Assembly: GCF_035594765.1 (NCBI RefSeq)
Contig: NC_085841.1
Location: 240,208,689-240,272,688 of the forward strand
From: Anolis carolinensis
Lineage: Eukaryota
Reading direction: 5' to 3'
DNA: 64,000 bases
Below are positions 26,537-38,300 of this stretch, in pieces (position 1 is the first letter of the stretch; each line of letters begins with the position of its first letter). The notes under the pieces were generated by a model. The model was not told the origin of the DNA. It did no database searches and saw only the letters and a list, made by a program, of their open reading frames with translations. The position numbers and the translations under genes were made by a program.

Positions 26537-29500
26537 TTATTTATTTATACCTCATTTTATCTCCCCAAAGCAGACTCAAAGCAACTTGATATAAAAGCAT
26601 TGGTATCCAATTTAAAATATACAAATATATAAACATTAAAACAGAATTAAACACAGACAACATTTAAAAAATTCAGTTAAAAACCATCAAAACATATTCA
26701 AAATTAAAAAACCATAGCATCCCCTGACTAGATCCCCTACTAATGATACCAGAGGGCAGGGCTTCTTAAACGTTTTCCACTTGTGACCCCGTTTGGCCTG
26801 AGAAATTTTTATGTGACCCTGGGTATGTAAAATAGGTAAAAAATCAAACATTTACAGATAACAAATCAGCATTTGCAAGGCTTGCTAAACAAGTTGTTTT
26901 TCCTTTTTATAAAGTACAGTCCAAGCATCTTATGCAGAGTCCACAGCAAACACTGCACAACAGATTCATGTAAATGTCTGAAAAAGCCAAAAGTTCAGAA
27001 AATTTTTTAGTGTTGCTAAATTTTTCAGGACCCCAACCTTGTGTTAAGGGGAATCATTTAAAGTTGGGACTCACAATTTAAGAAGCAGTGATCTAGGGCA
27101 ATCTTGCCTTTTGGCACCTGCTTCTGGGGTCCTTATCAGACAAAATAGCCAGAAGATACATATTTTTCGTACATAAAACATTTTCACAATATACAGACTG
27201 CTCTGCCATTGCAGGTGCAAGATATTAATCATGTTCAAGGAGCTTCCAATACAGGAAAGAGAGCAAAATTGGTACATCTGACCTCCAGATGCTTCATTGG
27301 AAGCTTCTTCTACTACTTCTCCATTAGTGTGCAAATTCTCCTTTCCTCCCAGGTGAATTCAGAGTACTACACAGGCTGGCTGGATTATTGGGGTGAACCA
27401 CATTCTACAAAAAGTGCTGAGGACGTGGCTCGTGGCCTAGAGAAGATGCTAGAGTTGGGAGCCAACGTCAACATGTAACCGTGAGACCATAGGGGAGTGT
27501 GGGCTGTGAGACAGAAGCAATGGGTCAGATTACTTGATGAAAAAGCAGGGACCCCCTTGAGGATAGAAGCTGTGCCTTTGCTTCACCTTCTTTACCACAA
27601 TTCTTAAGTTGCCCTTAGGAACTATGTGCATAAATCAAGACATCTCAGAAATACAGTATCTTTAGCTGTCTGAATAGCTGATATAAGTTTCATACAGAAC
27701 AAGGACCTATTGCTATTGGTCCTTTCCCAATTTATATTTTGTTTTCCTATCAATCACTGCTTTGTTATTTTGAAGGGAGGGGGATTCTTATTGTGATATC
27801 TGACTTTCTTACAGGTATATGTTTCAGGGTGGTACCAACTTTGGTTACTGGAGTGGTAAGTTTTGGCTTCTTTGGACTGCTACAGAACAAAAATGTATGT
27901 GTATATACACTCTTGTAAAACTCCCAAAAATGTAATACAAATCAGGTTTCTACAACTCTATATTAGAGTACTTCTCTTCAAATTATATTGCATATAATAA
28001 AATAGCTTTCAAGATATCATCAACAAAGGTACAATTTCCATGTCATAATCTAACAAAGTATACTATTTAAGGAGTAAATAACAGACATAAAGAGACAACC
28101 AAGTCCATATTATTCCTGGAGTGCGTGGAATCTTGGGCCAATGTCAATTGTAGTAAAGATATTCAGTCTCCAAAATAATAGTTTCTATATTCAAAGGAAT
28201 TCTTCGTTTGATTCGCAACGCCAAGAACTGGTACACAACAAGGTCTCCCGGGTTGTTCCCCTTGTTTCGTTATCACTTCCTCGGGTGTTGTGTCTGTTTT
28301 AATTATGTTGTACTTAGTGCGCTAGATAAAGGAGTAAAAATAACATACACAATAGATATATGAAACTCCCATATTAATATTGCTATGGAAAGGTTTTTTT
28401 AAAAATAATAGTAAAAAACACTCTTCTCTACTTACACTCTTATTTGTAGCTCTATAACGAGCAAATGAAAGATTTCCAGGATGCCTCTTAAGTAAGGTTA
28501 CATGTTACTGAAAACAGGTGTATTCAATTCTATCATTTATCCCCAGAGGAAATAGTGTTTGTAGTTTGAAAATCCAAAAAGATTCTCTTTGTAGAAGTTT
28601 TTTCACATCTGCATTTGGTCTGGGCAATACTTTTTCCAAAGCACAAAATTTAAAGCTATAGTACGTATGGGCTTTTTCATTAAAATGTATATACAGTGAA
28701 GAGTCAGTGGACCCATTCCTTATGCATGAATGATGTTCGTTTATCCTAGTTTTAAGGGGTCTGGTGGTCTTTCCGATATATAACAGTTTACAGGGGCATT
28801 GTATTAGGTAAACTACATTATCAGTAGAACATGTTGTCAAATGTTGCAATGTGATATTAAGTGTTGGATGAGAGTATATTTTGCCCTTAAGCGATTGCTG
28901 ACAACAGTTGCAGTGGCCACAGCTAGTGTGACCCTTAGTGGTAAGTTTATGGGATGTAGTAGGAGAGTTGTATTCTGAATGGATCATAAGATCTCTTAAA
29001 TTTCTGGATCTTTTATGAGCAATTATTGGTTTGTTTTGGCATCCAGGAATGTCTTCTAATAAATGCCAGTGTTTTGAAATAATCTTAGAGATTTTAGATG
29101 AATATTGTGTCAGAGTTAGAGGCCAAATTATGCGGTTATTATGCTTCCTAGGGCGTTCCTGTAGTAGCTCACTTCTGTTGTTGTAGTTAGCCTTACTCAT
29201 GGCTGTGTTGAGTATCCTATTAGGGTATCCTCTCTTTCGGAGTTATTTTTTCAGGATACCTGCCGTAGAATCAAAGTCCTCTTGAGTGCTAGAATTACGT
29301 TTCAATCTTAGGAACTGAGAGAATGGTAAATTAGATTTAAGAGGATAATGAAAACTGGAAAAAATGTAGGACTGAATTCTTATCTGTTGGTTTACTATAA
29401 TTTTTTACTAATAGTTTCTGACCTTTGGACTGCTGCCATTAGGGAGGCCTCACTTCTGATCAGAAAATTGGATTTTTTTCTCTCAGGAACTGCAGGATTT

Positions 29501-32500
29501 TGGCAAACTTCAGATAAGGTGTTTTGACTTTCCAAAATTGAGGAAGGCAGCAATGCTTGTTCATAGAGCATCACTTTTAGATGCGATTCTCTATTTCTTC
29601 TTGCCTGGGGGGTAAATGCCTGACAGATGGCACAGGATTGCACTATGTGCCCTTCTCCTAGGCAGAGAAGGCACATTGTGTGCCCATCAGTGTCTGGTAA
29701 TTTTTCTCTGCAAGAGGTACATCTTTTAAAGGCAGTAGTTGATGCCATTAGTCAAAATTTACTCTTTTAAGTGGAGAGCAGAGAAAGGATTCTCTCAACT
29801 GTCAAGCGGAAAAAAGGGAACTGGGTGGCAGCCCCAGACTGGCTATATATAGGTTATGGGGTAGAGTGGGCGGGGCTTCCGCCGGGAGAGCTCTAGAAGA
29901 TTCTGTGAACTGTCAGCATAGGCTGAGGGATACCATATGTGCGTATTTCGCAGCTGACCATGAAGGAGGAAAAGGTCATTTCAGGGGTGGTAAAAGGTCT
30001 AGGTTGCCATATTTTTTTTTCTTTTCTGTGCAGGTGCTGATTACAACAATGGCATCTACAATCCCATCACTACTAGTTATGATTATGATGCACCTCTTTC
30101 AGAAGCTGGAGACCCAACTGACAAGCTGTACGCTATTCGGACAGTCATTGGCAAGGTAGCAGTCCACCAGCTGGAAGACAGTGCAAAACCTTATTGAAAA
30201 AGGAGCTATTTATCACTGAACCTGCAGTAATATTAAAGTGTGTATTCTAATACACAGTCAGGATATGACTTAAACGTTTAGATCTGCACTGGAGTCAGTT
30301 CCATAACATACTACTTGTAAAAATCAGAACTTACAGCTCAATTCAGTTGTTGAGAATGGAACAATATAATGTGTACTAGTTCAGGACACGGACTCATGCT
30401 ATTGGATTGTCTCAGCATAAAGTCATCAGTTTTAGGTAGCTAACTGGGAAGCATAGTGGCAAACTAGTTTGTGGGTGGCAAATCATTCTAGCAGCTGTCC
30501 CAATCTATAGCTCATCCACTGTCTCTTCTATTTCAAATTGTGCACACATTACATAGTATCCAGCTGGCTTGGAGAAGAGCAGAAAGGTGTGTATGTTTTA
30601 ATAGCACTGCATTGTCATATAAAAGTCCCATTTAATTCATCCCGTGCTTACATTGTTTGGATACCTGTCAGTGTTCCCTTGGAACAGAATAGCATGAGGT
30701 GCACTAATTTTCATTGTTTATTCTACCAAGGAAATATGAGTGATTTACAGGGTTCACCCCAACCCACTTTATATTAAGGTATGTTAGATCAAAAGGGTAA
30801 TTTGTATATTGGTACTTCAGGTATTGTCCTCACCTGCAAAGTGTGGTTGGCCCCCTTAACATCTGTTGTTTTAAAAAAACCCAGTTTCAGGTGCTTCCTG
30901 CAGGACCAATGCCACCCCCTACACCGAAGTTTGCATATGGATATGTATTCCTACCACAGGTGAGTCAGAGCTGGAAAACATTCCTTCATAAGTTAATGTC
31001 TTTGACTGGCCCTGCCTCCCTCCTGCTGCTCCTTAAATACTTATGATATAGGAAACACTTTCCATTGGACTTTTTACAATCGTATAACCATTATGAAGAT
31101 TTCAGTGCTCCCCGGAGACTCCTTTTTTCATTTTTAGATTTAAAAAAAGATTAAATCATTTTATCACTGTGTTTTCTGACTTTATTATGTGCCTGTATGC
31201 TTAATTTCAGAGATGTAAACAACTTTGTCAAAAGTTATTTAAAAAGCAGGATATATCATATCTTTTTCTTCTATAGTGTGTGGCCCTACTGGATATTCTA
31301 GGCCTTCTTTCACCATCCCTGCCATTCTATTCCTCCTTCCCAGCCACCTTTGAGGCCCTCAAGCAGGTAAGAACGGGAACAGGAATCTGTAGCTATTTCC
31401 ATTAGCAGTGCTGAGAAAGCCCAATAAGCTTTAACTTCTCCTGTTATCACCTAGATTCATTTCCATGAAGTGGTTTCTATTTTATATTGCAGCCCAGTGG
31501 CTTCATGCTGTATCGGACATTTCTCCCACATGACATCCTGGAGCCAGTTGTGCTCAGTGCCCCCGAGGATGGAATCCATGATCTTGCCTACATTCTGCTT
31601 AATGGAGTAAGAGGGAAAGTTGGAATCTTCCTTGTATAGGGAAGCTGAGCCTTCACTGAAGTTAACTGCAGACTGTCACATCACCCAGACATTTACTGGG
31701 ATGGGAAAAGGCTGCAGAAGAATGAATGACTCCTTAGCTAAAACACCTTCTGAACTTATTTCTCCCTTTACTACATCAGGTATATAAAGGGACACTGGAA
31801 CGGAACAAAATAAATGGAATCAATATATCTGGCCAGTTAGGGGACACTTTGGATCTGCTGGTGGAGAGCATGGGCCATATCAACTTTGGAGCCAATGAGA
31901 GTGACTTTAAGGTACATCTTGAAAGGGCCCTATGCCAGCTTTGTGCTCTGAATTCTTTCTGTGTCAATAAGGATGCATCTACACTATAGAATGAATTTCC
32001 TTTGACTCCACTTTAACTGCCATGGCTCAATGTTATGGAATCTTGGGGATTGCAATTTGCTGAGCACCACCATTCTTTGGCAGAAATTAGACCTAGCACT
32101 TACCCATGGCAGCTGAAGTGCGGTCAGACTGCTTTAATTCTATACTGCAGATGCACCCCCAAAGAAAGCCTTAGGCATTTCTTTAGCACAGAGCAGTCTT
32201 GCAGGCTGAGGAGTAGAGTTATGTGTAGCTCTGTTTTTCATCTTTTTTTAACTCGGAAAGGACCAGAAAGCTACCTTGGCCCTTAAAGTAGGGGAGCCTA
32301 GCAAAACTGGTTTCTTGCTAGATCTATACATAGCTCTGCTCTTCCCAGAAATTCAAATAATGCAGAGAAATAAGATTAGACCTTGCAATGATATTTCAAA
32401 ATCAAATAGGAAGAGACTGGATATGCACAGGTAATGGAGAATTATGGTACTATTTGCAAATTTGAATTAAAATACTTTTTATGCTTGTGTATTCATTGAG

Positions 32501-34329
32501 GGCAAGGGCCAGAATTATGGATATTGATGTGGCCCATTCTGCAGAGAGGGGGAAATGCCAGCGCAGTCTTCCTGGCTGCCGCTGCTGCAATTTTTCCGCC
32601 TGGGAATAAAGCTGGAAGTGACATTGCAGTGAAAAAAGTAGAGCGGAACCATACTTCTCCCAGAACAGACTAAGCTCTTGCCTTTTGACATTCTACTCAA
32701 GAGAATGAAATTGTTCCTTTTTTAAAAAAAAAAGAGGTAAGGTACAGTATTTACATTGATTCGTGGATATCTGACCCAGGTTTTTGGGGACATGTTTTGA
32801 TGAAAATGTCTAGACTTATACATGAGTATATATAATAACCATAACTGAACTATAATTGCCCCACTCCTAGTTGCAGCTGACTGTTCTCTTTTCCCTTACC
32901 TTCCTGTCCAGGGTTTGGTCAAGAATCTCACACTGGGCTCCAACATAGTCACTGACTGGCTCATCTATCCCCTGGGCATTGACAAAGCTGTGTCTCATTC
33001 ATGGCCCCCAGTGGCCCCACTCAGCAATGGGACAGGGCCTGCTTTCTACACTGGATTCTTCACAACACTTGGCATCGCACAGGACTCCTTTGTGAAGTTC
33101 CCAGGTTGGAACAAGGTACTGCATATCTCAAGATGGCCAATATAACTAAGCCTTATTTTCCATCTGGCAGCCATATTACTTCCCCAGATTCTTAGCATCC
33201 CTTTCCTCTTCAGCTCTAGTTTTGAAGAGAGGGATGTCCCTGTTGAGTAAACTGCAGATCTTACGCCACATTGACATTAGATAATCAAAGTGCAGAGGAC
33301 TGAAGGGGAAAGTCTCCAAGTAAATTATTCCTTTCCTTATCAGCTATACTATCAGTATTATCAGTACTCAACAGATTGTGCTCTATGAGCATGGACAGGA
33401 ATGCACTCCAAGACCATTTAACTCTAGCAAGATACAGTGGAACTATTTTTGAAAGAATACACTTGTCACCAAAGAAAATATGTTGGGGCATTTTCTTTTT
33501 CCTCTGGCACTGCAGATTACTTACTCTTTGGGAGAGGCAGCAAGACCATATTTCACTGAATCTAAGGTGCACTTTTTCTCATTTAAGGGGCTTCAGCAAC
33601 AGGGTGCGACTTGATTTCACTGGCACCTTCAATTCACCATATTTTTCCTGCAAAGCTATCTTTCAAGAGGGAGAAGGAGGAGAAACAGCCCCAGTCCCAA
33701 GCAGCACTGTCACATCCCCACCATTTTGTTCTGAGCCCCAGCTAGATGGCTGTTTACTGATACTTTTGCTAAGCACCACTTCCTGCTTCTGCTGTCTCCC
33801 CAACAGGCCCATAGACTTATTACTTTATAGATTCATGCAGACAGATGACTTGTGGGTCTCTTTACATTCCCTCCTCACTCCACAGGAAAGGTTGCACTGC
33901 AAAGCCATATTGAAACAAAGAAACAAACAAAAATGGTATTATGCATGTAGAGCAAATTCTAAAAGAAATTCTAAGAAAATAGTTTGTTCCTAAACTTGAA
34001 GTTTACATTTGATGGCACCTTACATTGGGTGAAATATGCTAGTTAACAGAAATGTTGCCTTATAGAATCCTTAATACTGTTTTTCTTTTTTCACCCAGGG
34101 CCAGATTTGGATTAACGGCTTTAACCTGGGGCGGTTCTGGCCAACCCGTGGACCTCAGCAAACTCTTTTTGTGCCTGGGTCCATCCTCAGTTCTTCAACT
34201 ATCAACACTGTTGTAGTTCTGGAGCTGCAAAATGCTCCGGAGAAGCCCAAGTTGCTCTTCCTTGACCGGCCCCTTCTCAATGGTACCCAGATCTCCACCC
34301 ACAAGAACCAAATGCAGATATGGCTCTAA
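17146..34329 (+). CDS. GLB1L: Beta-galactosidase-1-like protein (GH35), complete, ~634 aa
   Basis: 16 GT-AG exons join into one ORF of 1905 nt: signal peptide, [42 protein letters not shown] (acid/base Glu), VNSEYYTGW (nucleophile Glu), [32 protein letters not shown]. Position between STK16 and ANKZF1 matches GLB1L rather than GLB1. Confidence 0.95.
17827..17938. mobile_element. hAT MITE
   Basis: CAGG...CCTG TIRs, 8-bp TSD ATCTATAG. Confidence 0.85.
18464..18636 (+). CDS. GLB1L: GLB1L coding exon 2
   Basis: [12 protein letters not shown]...[32 protein letters not shown]. Confidence 0.92.
19225..19375 (+). CDS. GLB1L: GLB1L coding exon 3
   Basis: YIPWNYHEP...[13 protein letters not shown]. 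Confidence 0.94.
21006..21066 (+). CDS. GLB1L: GLB1L coding exon 4
   Basis: [20 protein letters not shown]. Confidence 0.93.
21346..23329 (-). mobile_element. Full-length Tc1-family DNA transposon, decayed transposase (~22964-21560)
   Basis: ~200-bp TIRs starting CAGTGGGG, TA target duplication, [11 protein letters not shown]...LEWP DDE motifs, frameshifts. Confidence 0.93.
22245..22644 (-). mobile_element. Retroposon fragment nested in the Tc1
   Basis: Flanked by direct repeat CTGGTGGC (22237-22244, 22645-22652); minus-strand TAAGTAAGTA tail. Confidence 0.75.
23486..23580 (+). CDS. GLB1L: GLB1L coding exon 5
   Basis: [31 protein letters not shown]. Confidence 0.93.
23998..24329 (+). mobile_element. 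Sauria SINE, full length
   Basis: tRNA-derived head with A box (GGTGGCGAAGTGTG) and B box (GGTTCAAATCC), (ACCTTT)n tail. Confidence 0.9.
24730..25541 (+). mobile_element. RTE (BovB-type) LINE 3' fragment
   Basis: [14 protein letters not shown]...[17 protein letters not shown]...[16 protein letters not shown]; ACAACAA tail. Confidence 0.9.
26048..26228 (+). CDS. GLB1L: GLB1L coding exon 6
   Basis: [19 protein letters not shown]...YTTVDFGP. Confidence 0.94.
26319..26377 (+). CDS. GLB1L: GLB1L coding exon 7
   Basis: [19 protein letters not shown]. Confidence 0.92.
26479..26533 (+). repeat. (ATT)n microsatellite, tail of an antisense L2-type fragment
   Basis: Direct reading. Confidence 0.9.
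26758..27084. mobile_element. hAT-like non-autonomous element
   Basis: CAGGGCTTCTTAAA / TTTAAGAAGCAGTG ends. Confidence 0.55.
27353..27474 (+). CDS. GLB1L: GLB1L coding exon 8
   Basis: [14 protein letters not shown]...GANVN. Confidence 0.94.
27815..27855 (+). CDS. GLB1L: GLB1L coding exon 9
   Basis: [13 protein letters not shown]. Confidence 0.93.
27900..29395 (-). mobile_element. Penelope-like retroelement (second family), 5'-truncated, GIY-YIG endonuclease
   Basis: KPTDKNS...[12 protein letters not shown]...RGYP linker, CGHCNCC Zn motif, [29 protein letters not shown]...[18 protein letters not shown] (ORF 28505-29200); 3' boundary approximate. Confidence 0.88.
28233..28288 (-). ncRNA. 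Degenerate type I hammerhead ribozyme motif
   Basis: ACAC-CCGAGGA-A-GTGATAAC-GAA-ACAAGG...CCTTGT-T-GTGT. Confidence 0.55.
29396..29972 (-). mobile_element. DIRS-type retrotransposon 5' fragment (terminal repeat + start of gag-like ORF1)
   Basis: FKRCTSC...[14 protein letters not shown]...CAIC...RR motif typical of vertebrate DIRS ORF1; upstream T-rich start, GC box and TATA-like element. Confidence 0.75.
30034..30155 (+). CDS. GLB1L: GLB1L coding exon 10
   Basis: [40 protein letters not shown]. Confidence 0.93.
30885..30959 (+). CDS. GLB1L: GLB1L coding exon 11
   Basis: [25 protein letters not shown]; alternative in-frame AG 6 nt downstream. Confidence 0.85.
31277..31366 (+). CDS. GLB1L: GLB1L coding exon 12
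   Basis: [30 protein letters not shown]. Confidence 0.9.
31493..31606 (+). CDS. GLB1L: GLB1L coding exon 13
   Basis: [12 protein letters not shown]...[12 protein letters not shown]. Confidence 0.91.
31780..31911 (+). CDS. GLB1L: GLB1L coding exon 14
   Basis: VYKGTLER...[21 protein letters not shown]. Confidence 0.92.
32912..33115 (+). CDS. GLB1L: GLB1L coding exon 15
   Basis: [21 protein letters not shown]...[11 protein letters not shown]. Confidence 0.92.
34099..34329 (+). CDS. GLB1L: GLB1L last coding exon
   Basis: [27 protein letters not shown]...QIWL-TAA. Confidence 0.92.
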   Translation, partial: GQIWINGFNLGRFWPTRGPQQTLFVPGSILSSSTINTVVVLELQNAPEKPKLLFLDRPLLNGTQISTHKNQMQIWL

Positions 34330-34568
34330 AAAGAAGAAAGAAAAGAGAAACCCTTGCCCTAAAGCTGCCATGGAATTAAACAAATACAGAGAACTCTTCA
34401 GATAAAGATATGTCCAGTAGTGATTTAAGACAAGAACTATCCAAGGGAACTATAAGTTATGTAGAAAAAAGAAACATAATTATTGTTCACACCTCATGTT
34501 GCAAACAGGTTTTCAACATGAACAAAAGCTTCATGTCTAAATTCAGTATTTTATAAAATTCCCTCCAA

Positions 34569-34574
34569 AATAAA
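34569..34574 (+). terminator. Candidate GLB1L polyadenylation signal
   Basis: First AATAAA downstream of the stop at 34329. Confidence 0.5.
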
Positions 34575-34759
34575 TAGACAAATCTGGTATGGCTGTAATT
34601 CACAACACAGTCAAGGGCCGTGAACAGAAAATGAAGAGAGAACAAAATGTCATGGTTTTAGTTGGAAGCTAAGCAGGCAATGGAAAGACATTAAATATGG
34701 GTTTACTATATGTGTGTTGGACACATAAAAATGAGCATTTTGTAGCAAGCAGAAACACC

Positions 34760-34805
34760 TTTATTCACCAATAGAACATTGCACATTAAGGACAAGGGTT
34801 TTATT
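34760..34805 (-). terminator. Candidate ANKZF1 polyadenylation signals
   Basis: Minus-strand AATAAA at 34760-34765 and 34800-34805 (another near 35010). Confidence 0.45.
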
Positions 34806-35232
34806 ATGGCCCTTCAACCATCTTTCACACCTTCTGAAGCAACAGTCAACAAACTCACAGACGATTCATGTTGCTGCAGCCATCATTCTGTGTAAAGAAA
34901 CATTAGTTGATCAGATACTGTTTCTCCTTGACCTTGCTGGCAATATTTTCTCAGCTTTGATATATTCAATATTATGATAGGAGATGAGGCTCATTTCCAA
35001 ATGTGACATTTTATTATTTCCTGCACATCAAACTTGTCTTTCAAAAGGAAAGGTAACTTCAGAAAAGGTTACCATTTCCAGTGACAACCTAATTGCTCCT
35101 GCTCTATGTCTATGCCTCTTTTAAAAACACTGTATCTTCTTACACCACCTAAGTGTTCACAACCACAGAGCAGGATCTCCATTCAGATTCTTATAGACAT
35201 AGACTACTCATACCTATGCAAAAAATGCACAG

Positions 35233-35353
35233 CTAGGATGGGGCAGCTTTCCCTTGACGGTGAGCTTGGAGACATTTTGTAGAACAAAAGGAAAAGTCGA
35301 GGTAATGGAAAGGAATATGTCCCAGGAGCGACTCCCCACAAAGCCAGCAGCGC
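35233..35353 (-). CDS. ANKZF1: ANKZF1 last coding exon
   Basis: [42 protein letters not shown]. Confidence 0.93.
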
Positions 35354-38300
35354 CTGAAGATACAAAAGAAACAACATCATGTAGACTCAACTAAAGTACA
35401 TCAAAAGGAGGCATCATATCCTAACATACCTGGTATTGGACAAAGATACACTGGAGTCCTTCAACTGAGAAACAAGTCTCCTCTCAGCCGCCAGGGCTCG
35501 CTAAAAGAACAAACAAACAAACATGCCATTAGGAAAGGGAAACAACTTGCTAGCAGAGTCAATATAGAAAAAGGGATTGATTTCTTTCTACAGAGCTCTG
35601 GTTAAAGTAAGCGTACGAGGTTTTGGTTAAGTTACTTTGGGCAGATGATTGCGTAGCGATATCCCAGAGGTGGGTCAAACTACATGAAAAGAATCTGCCA
35701 ATATGTCAAACAAAGTGAATGTATTTTCCACATGAGCTGCTTGATGTTTAGAACAGTCAAAGCTAAACAATTCATTAAAATTTGTTAAAATGTAGAAAGG
35801 GCTAAAACAGTGGAAACTATGCACATGCACATTTGAAAAAATAAGATTAGGCTTCCAAATGCTTTAATAAAATGCTCTGCTTTAATTTAACATCTAAAAG
35901 AAACCAGCACTGGTGCTAATTGGGCCTCCAAAAGGATGACATTCCATAGATATAGCACCACAGCAGAGATGGCCCTCTTCTACATTCCCTGTGTAATGTA
36001 TTGCTCTCCCACTAGTGACAACCTCTGTCAAGTTACCCTGTCTCTCCTTAGAACTGCAACATCCTCACCTTTTCACGGTCACTCAGGAGAGCAAAACGCT
36101 TTTTCTCATCCTCTTCTTGGTTCTGCGCCTGTAATGCCTCACGTTCCTCCTTTTCACGCTGCTTCCGTTGTGCCTTTTGGGTGCGTCGGCGTTCGGCTTG
36201 TCTGGCTTCCATTTCAGCTGTTAAGGGTCCAGGTACCTGTGGTCAGACTTGAAATGGAGATCAAAGACAACAAGAGAAAGTTCCAAGAGAAAATGACCTA
36301 GAAGGCATGATCATCAAGTTTGCAGACGACACCAAACTGGGAGGGATAGCTAACACTCCAGAAGACAGGAGCAGAAACGATCTTGACAGACTAGAGAGAT
36401 GGGCCGAAACTAACAAAATGAAGTTCAACAGGGACAAATGCAAGATACTTCACTTCGGCAGAAAAAATGGAAATCAAAGATACAGAATGGGGGACGCCTG
36501 GCTTGACAGCAGTGTGTGTGAAAAAGACCTTGGAGTCCTCGTGGACAACAAGTTAAACATGAGCCTACAATGTGATGCGGCAGCGAAAAAAGCCAACGGG
36601 ATTCTGGCCTGCATCAATAGGGGAATAGCGTCTAGATCCAGGGAAGTCATGCTACCCGTCTATTCTGCCTTGGTCAGACCACACCTGGAATACTGTGTCC
36701 AATTTTGGGCACCGCAGTTGAAGGGAGATGTTGACAAGCTGGAAAGCGTCCAGAGGAGGGCAACTAAAATGATTAAGGGTCTGGAGAATAAGCCCTATGA
36801 GGAGCGGCTTAAAGAGCTGGGCATGTTTAGCCTGCAGAAGAGAAGGCTGAGAGGAGACATGATAGCCATGTACAAATATGTGAGGGGAAGTCATAGGGAG
36901 GAGGGAGCAAGCTTGTTTTCTGTTGCCCTGCAGACTGGGACGCGGAACAATGGCTTCAAACTACAGGAAAGGAGATTCCACCTTTCAGGAATCTGAACAT
37001 CAGGAAGAACTTCCTCACTGTGAGGGCTGTTTGGCAATGGAACTCTCTCCCCGGGCTGTGGTGGAGCTTCCTTCTTTGGAGGCTTTTAAGCAGAGGCTGG
37101 ATGGCCATCTGTCGGGGGTGCTTTGAATGAGATTTCCTGCTTCTTAGTGGGGGAGTTGGACTAGATGGCCCAGGAGTTCTCTTCCAACTCTACTATTTTA
37201 TGATTCTATGATTCTATGAACAGTTCTGAAAAATAACTCTCAAGTCACCTACTTGTCTTGGAAACACGTTTATACTCTGCTACCAGGTGCACACTTCCTT
37301 TGTAAGTGGGCAATTATGTGAGGGCTGGGGGCCAGTCTTCCCCCCAGGACTCAAGGCTGACATTTTTTTCCCCTGCAGCTACTCTGGAAATGGTGAAGAT
37401 GCTTCTCTTCCCGTTGCCATTTTGAAAATGGCTGTAGGAGAAAATAATTTTTGGGATATTATAGGGCTCTGAGGTGTTTGTGGGTGAACTTTTTGCAGTT
37501 TTAATTCATTTGGGGGCATTATAAGTTGACAAAAATTGCCTGAAAGTTGCACTGAGATTTTTTAAAATGAAATGAGGTTGGACATGAGGGATTTAAAGGC
37601 CACAAAACTGAACCACTAGGACTTTTGTTTAGCCCTAATATATATTATCCGAATTATTTTTCTCCTCACTTGATTCCAATTGTAGGTGACTAAAACATCC
37701 AAAGCTGCCTTCCATACAGATATAAACATGATATCTACTTAGTATATTAATATCCACTGAATAAATATTGTAGAAAAAAGCATTTATCAGCGCAGACATC
37801 CAGGACTCCATTCCCACTCACCTGAGCCCTGAGGTAGTCGTATTTCTCAGGATGTTCACCCATGAACCTGCGGAATTCAGCACGAGTTTTTTTATCTGCA
37901 GATACACAGTATGGAGGTTGTTCTTGCTTGTCCCTGCAATGGGAAATGTGATTGTGCCACATAAATGAGGATCCAGGGGTTTTAGAAGCACTACAGATGC
38001 TAACTTGTGGTTGATAGATGAAGCAATGTGGCTATGCCAAGAAAAGGATGCTAAGTCAATCCAGGGGATCAACAAGTTTTACTTTTGTTCCTGGAAGTAA
38101 TCCAGCCTGATTCGTTGCACAGCTTTCTATATTGCTAAGCAATATGGCTCCTTTAGTCCAATTAATTTCTAATATTGCTGAGGGACCTGGACTCAGAGTG
38201 TACTGTGAATCGTGTGTCCACTGATACAGGTATTATGGTCTCCAAGAGCAGCTGCTAACCAAATGCAGGACAGAAATACTGGATCCATACAGAAAGTAAG

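Noticed and set aside
30851-30884. CCCTTAAC (U12 branch-like) ahead of a purine-rich GLB1L acceptor
   Set aside because: The intron's 5' site is GTAGCAGT, not RTATCCTT, so it is not a U12 intron; likely chance
32520-32700. GC-richer patch in a GLB1L intron
   Set aside because: No ORF, splice pair or RNA structure I could support; adjoins a probable DNA-transposon remnant
33376-33993. 205-aa intronic ORF in GLB1L
   Set aside because: Non-ATG start, no homology signal, not needed for the GLB1L frame
36307-36996. Open 229-aa reverse-transcriptase-like ORF as a possible domesticated gene
   Set aside because: Ordinary 5'-truncated young CR1 with near-identical siblings in this window
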